From NCBI GenBank assembly GCA_963847445.1, contig CAWJZV010000048.1:64001-128000 (forward strand): a stretch of 64,000 nt of DNA, written 5' to 3'. A program made the position numbers and the translations under genes. The notes under the pieces are model-generated. The model had not been told where the DNA came from. It saw only the letters and a list, made by a program, of their open reading frames with translations, and did no database searches. Shown piece after piece: positions 63,334 to 64,000 of the stretch (the first letter of the stretch is position 1; each line of letters begins with the position of its first letter). Source of the stretch: an uncultured delta proteobacterium (lineage in GTDB: Bacteria; Desulfobacterota; Binatia; UBA9968).

Positions 63334-64000
63334 CTAATCCCCATAAAGCTTTTTGATAAACCCACCCTGCTCCAGTTCCTTCAAATAACTCACGTCGATG
63401 AAACTCTCCGGCGCGAGACTCTTGGCCTTAGGCGTGCGCGTGCCGATCTCGTCAAGCACCATTTGAATGCCTTTGATCGTCGGGTACGGCACGCGCGGCA
63501 TCACTTTGACGGCATAGTGCTGATAGGTTTCCTCCAAAGCGTCGGGATCGGTCATGCGCGAATACTTGCCGATAACTTTCGCCGCGAAAGCTTTATCGGT
63601 TTTGAAGCGGTGCAGCCCTTCGACGTAGGCGCGCAGATAACGGCGGACAGTGTCGGGCGCTTCGCGCATGTACGAGCGGGTCGTCACGACGCCGGCGCCC
63701 TGGTAGTCGACACCGATGGCGCTCAAATCGGCGAGCAAGCTGAAACCGAGCTTGGCCGCTTGCAGATGAAGCGGCGAAGAGAGCATACCGCCGTCGATCG
63801 CTTTCGAAGCCAAGCCAGCGACAGTTTCTTGCGTACCGCCCATTTGAATCAGCGCCACATCACGGTCGGGCTGCAATCCCCACTGGCCTAAAACATAGCG
63901 CAGAAGGAAATCATCCGAGGTGCCGAAGCGGGTGATGCCGATCTTCTTGCCTTTCAAATCCTCGCGCCGCTTGATCTCCGGCTTGACCATGATCTTCTGG
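63334..64000 (-). CDS. ABC substrate-binding protein, NMT1/SsuA-like (5' part outside window)
   Basis: EDLKGKKIGITRFG, PDRDVALIQ, FIDVSYLKELEQGG. Confidence 0.88.
   Translation of the reverse strand, partial: QKIMVKPEIKRREDLKGKKIGITRFGTSDDFLLRYVLGQWGLQPDRDVALIQMGGTQETVAGLASKAIDGGMLSSPLHLQAAKLGFSLLADLSAIGVDYQGAGVVTTRSYMREAPDTVRRYLRAYVEGLHRFKTDKAFAAKVIGKYSRMTDPDALEETYQHYAVKVMPRVPYPTIKGIQMVLDEIGTRTPKAKSLAPESFIDVSYLKELEQGGFIKKLYGD

Overview
A GC-rich bacterial chromosomal window. The gene mix (many NMT1/SsuA-like and peptide ABC substrate-binding proteins, amidohydrolase, LLM, cupin, MmgE/PrpD) suggests a Ca. Binatia-like deltaproteobacterium, but this is inference only. Many genes, including essential ones such as dnaB, are broken by single-base frameshifts, most likely long-read consensus errors, so I merged the fragments into single genes. 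In order, the window holds: an accessory left end (duplicated MaoC 3' end, toxin-antitoxin genes, two integron attC sites without an integrase), a Lig E-type DNA ligase, dnaB, queF, an NAD-linked formate dehydrogenase cluster, ilvD, CheB/CheR plus a hybrid kinase, catabolic and ABC clusters, pyk, mazEF, etfAB with a lone PaaA-like diiron protein, pncB, fabF/fabH, a deacetylase, tat genes, an arginine decarboxylase, an acyl-CoA carboxylase, a peptidase and a HEAT protein. Highlights missed by the ORF track: (1) a self-contained ~190-nt transcript at 62992-63215 (-) with a near-consensus sigma70 promoter, ~17-nt complementarity to the 16S rRNA 3' end, a 13-aa ORF, a long hairpin and a terminator; (2) a UxxC selenocysteine glutaredoxin-DinB fusion with a SECIS-like hairpin; (3) attC cassettes; (4) several families of nested intergenic palindromic repeats; (5) many apparently leaderless genes.
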